In this document: positions 63,585 to 64,000 of the stretch, piece after piece | Numbering within the stretch: position 1 is the stretch's first letter | How the letters are laid out: each line of letters begins with the position of its first letter | DNA from: Lama glama | Taxonomy: Eukaryota | DNA length: 64,000 nucleotides | Assembly: GCA_028534125.1 (NCBI GenBank) | Contig: CM052818.1 | Coordinates: 35,342,001 to 35,406,000 of the forward strand | Reading direction: 5' to 3' | Notes under the pieces: generated by a model | What the model was told of the DNA's origin: nothing | Database searches by the model: none | The model's input: only the letters and a program-made list of their open reading frames with translations | Program-made: the position numbers and the translations under genes

Positions 63585-63628
63585 GCAAAGAGCAGAAGGA
63601 GACCAACATCGAGTCCATGAAAATGGAG
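63585..63628 (+). CDS. DNMT3A: DNMT3A exon 5 (aa 150-164), GC donor
   Basis: ctctccacag|GCAAAGAG...ATGGAG|gcaagt; (G)KEQKETNIESMKME; 44 nt. Confidence 0.93.
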
Positions 63629-64000
63629 GCAAGTGTTTTCCTCAACCCCCAGGGGCTCTGTGGATCCTGATTCTAGGAGAAGAAAGCCACCGCTCTGACC
63701 GACTGTGGCGAGTGTGTGTGTGTGAGGGGAGCCCGAGGTGGCCCCCGTCCCCTTCTTTATGTGTCATGCTGTGAGGAGCAGAGGAAGTGGGTGTGGAGGT
63801 TGGAAGTCCCCCAGCAAGGCAGCCAGCTTGGTCCCCCTCCAGGACCGAGCACCTCCCCTTCTGGTTTATGTCCTGCCCCCCATCCCACCATCCATCCCTC
63901 ACTTTTCCAGCCCAGACAGGGGCCTGGCCCTCACTTGCAGGGCTGGCATCTCTGGCCAGGAGTCAGAGCTCCTGTGTTCTGTTCGAGGTGAGTGCCTCCT

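Overview
This is mammalian genomic DNA, most likely from a camelid (camel/alpaca/llama), judged from three tRNA-derived Vic-1-type SINEs. It holds the 5' half of the de novo DNA methyltransferase gene DNMT3A on the + strand. A CpG island (~2.5-4.85 kb) contains two alternative non-coding first exons. These are followed by exon 2 (ATG 28779), exon 3, exon 4 and exon 5, which together encode residues 1-164 of the long isoform DNMT3A1; the rest of the gene lies beyond the window. Intron 1 hosts the miR-1301 hairpin. The introns carry MIR, L2, CR1/L3, L1, MaLR/ERVL LTR and hAT MER fossils. I found no wholly new biological system; this is a well-studied locus. The most interesting sequence-level observations are: a GC (non-GT) donor on frame-critical exon 5; uORFs and a triplicated 9-mer at the start codon; YAG|GTGAG recursive-splice-like motifs in introns 1-3; a three-layer SINE-in-L1-in-L1 nest; a CR1 fossil with a 152-codon open frame; and an ERV-L dUTPase remnant. 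Comparisons with human sequence and repeat consensuses are from recall, not database searches. Repeat boundaries are approximate.
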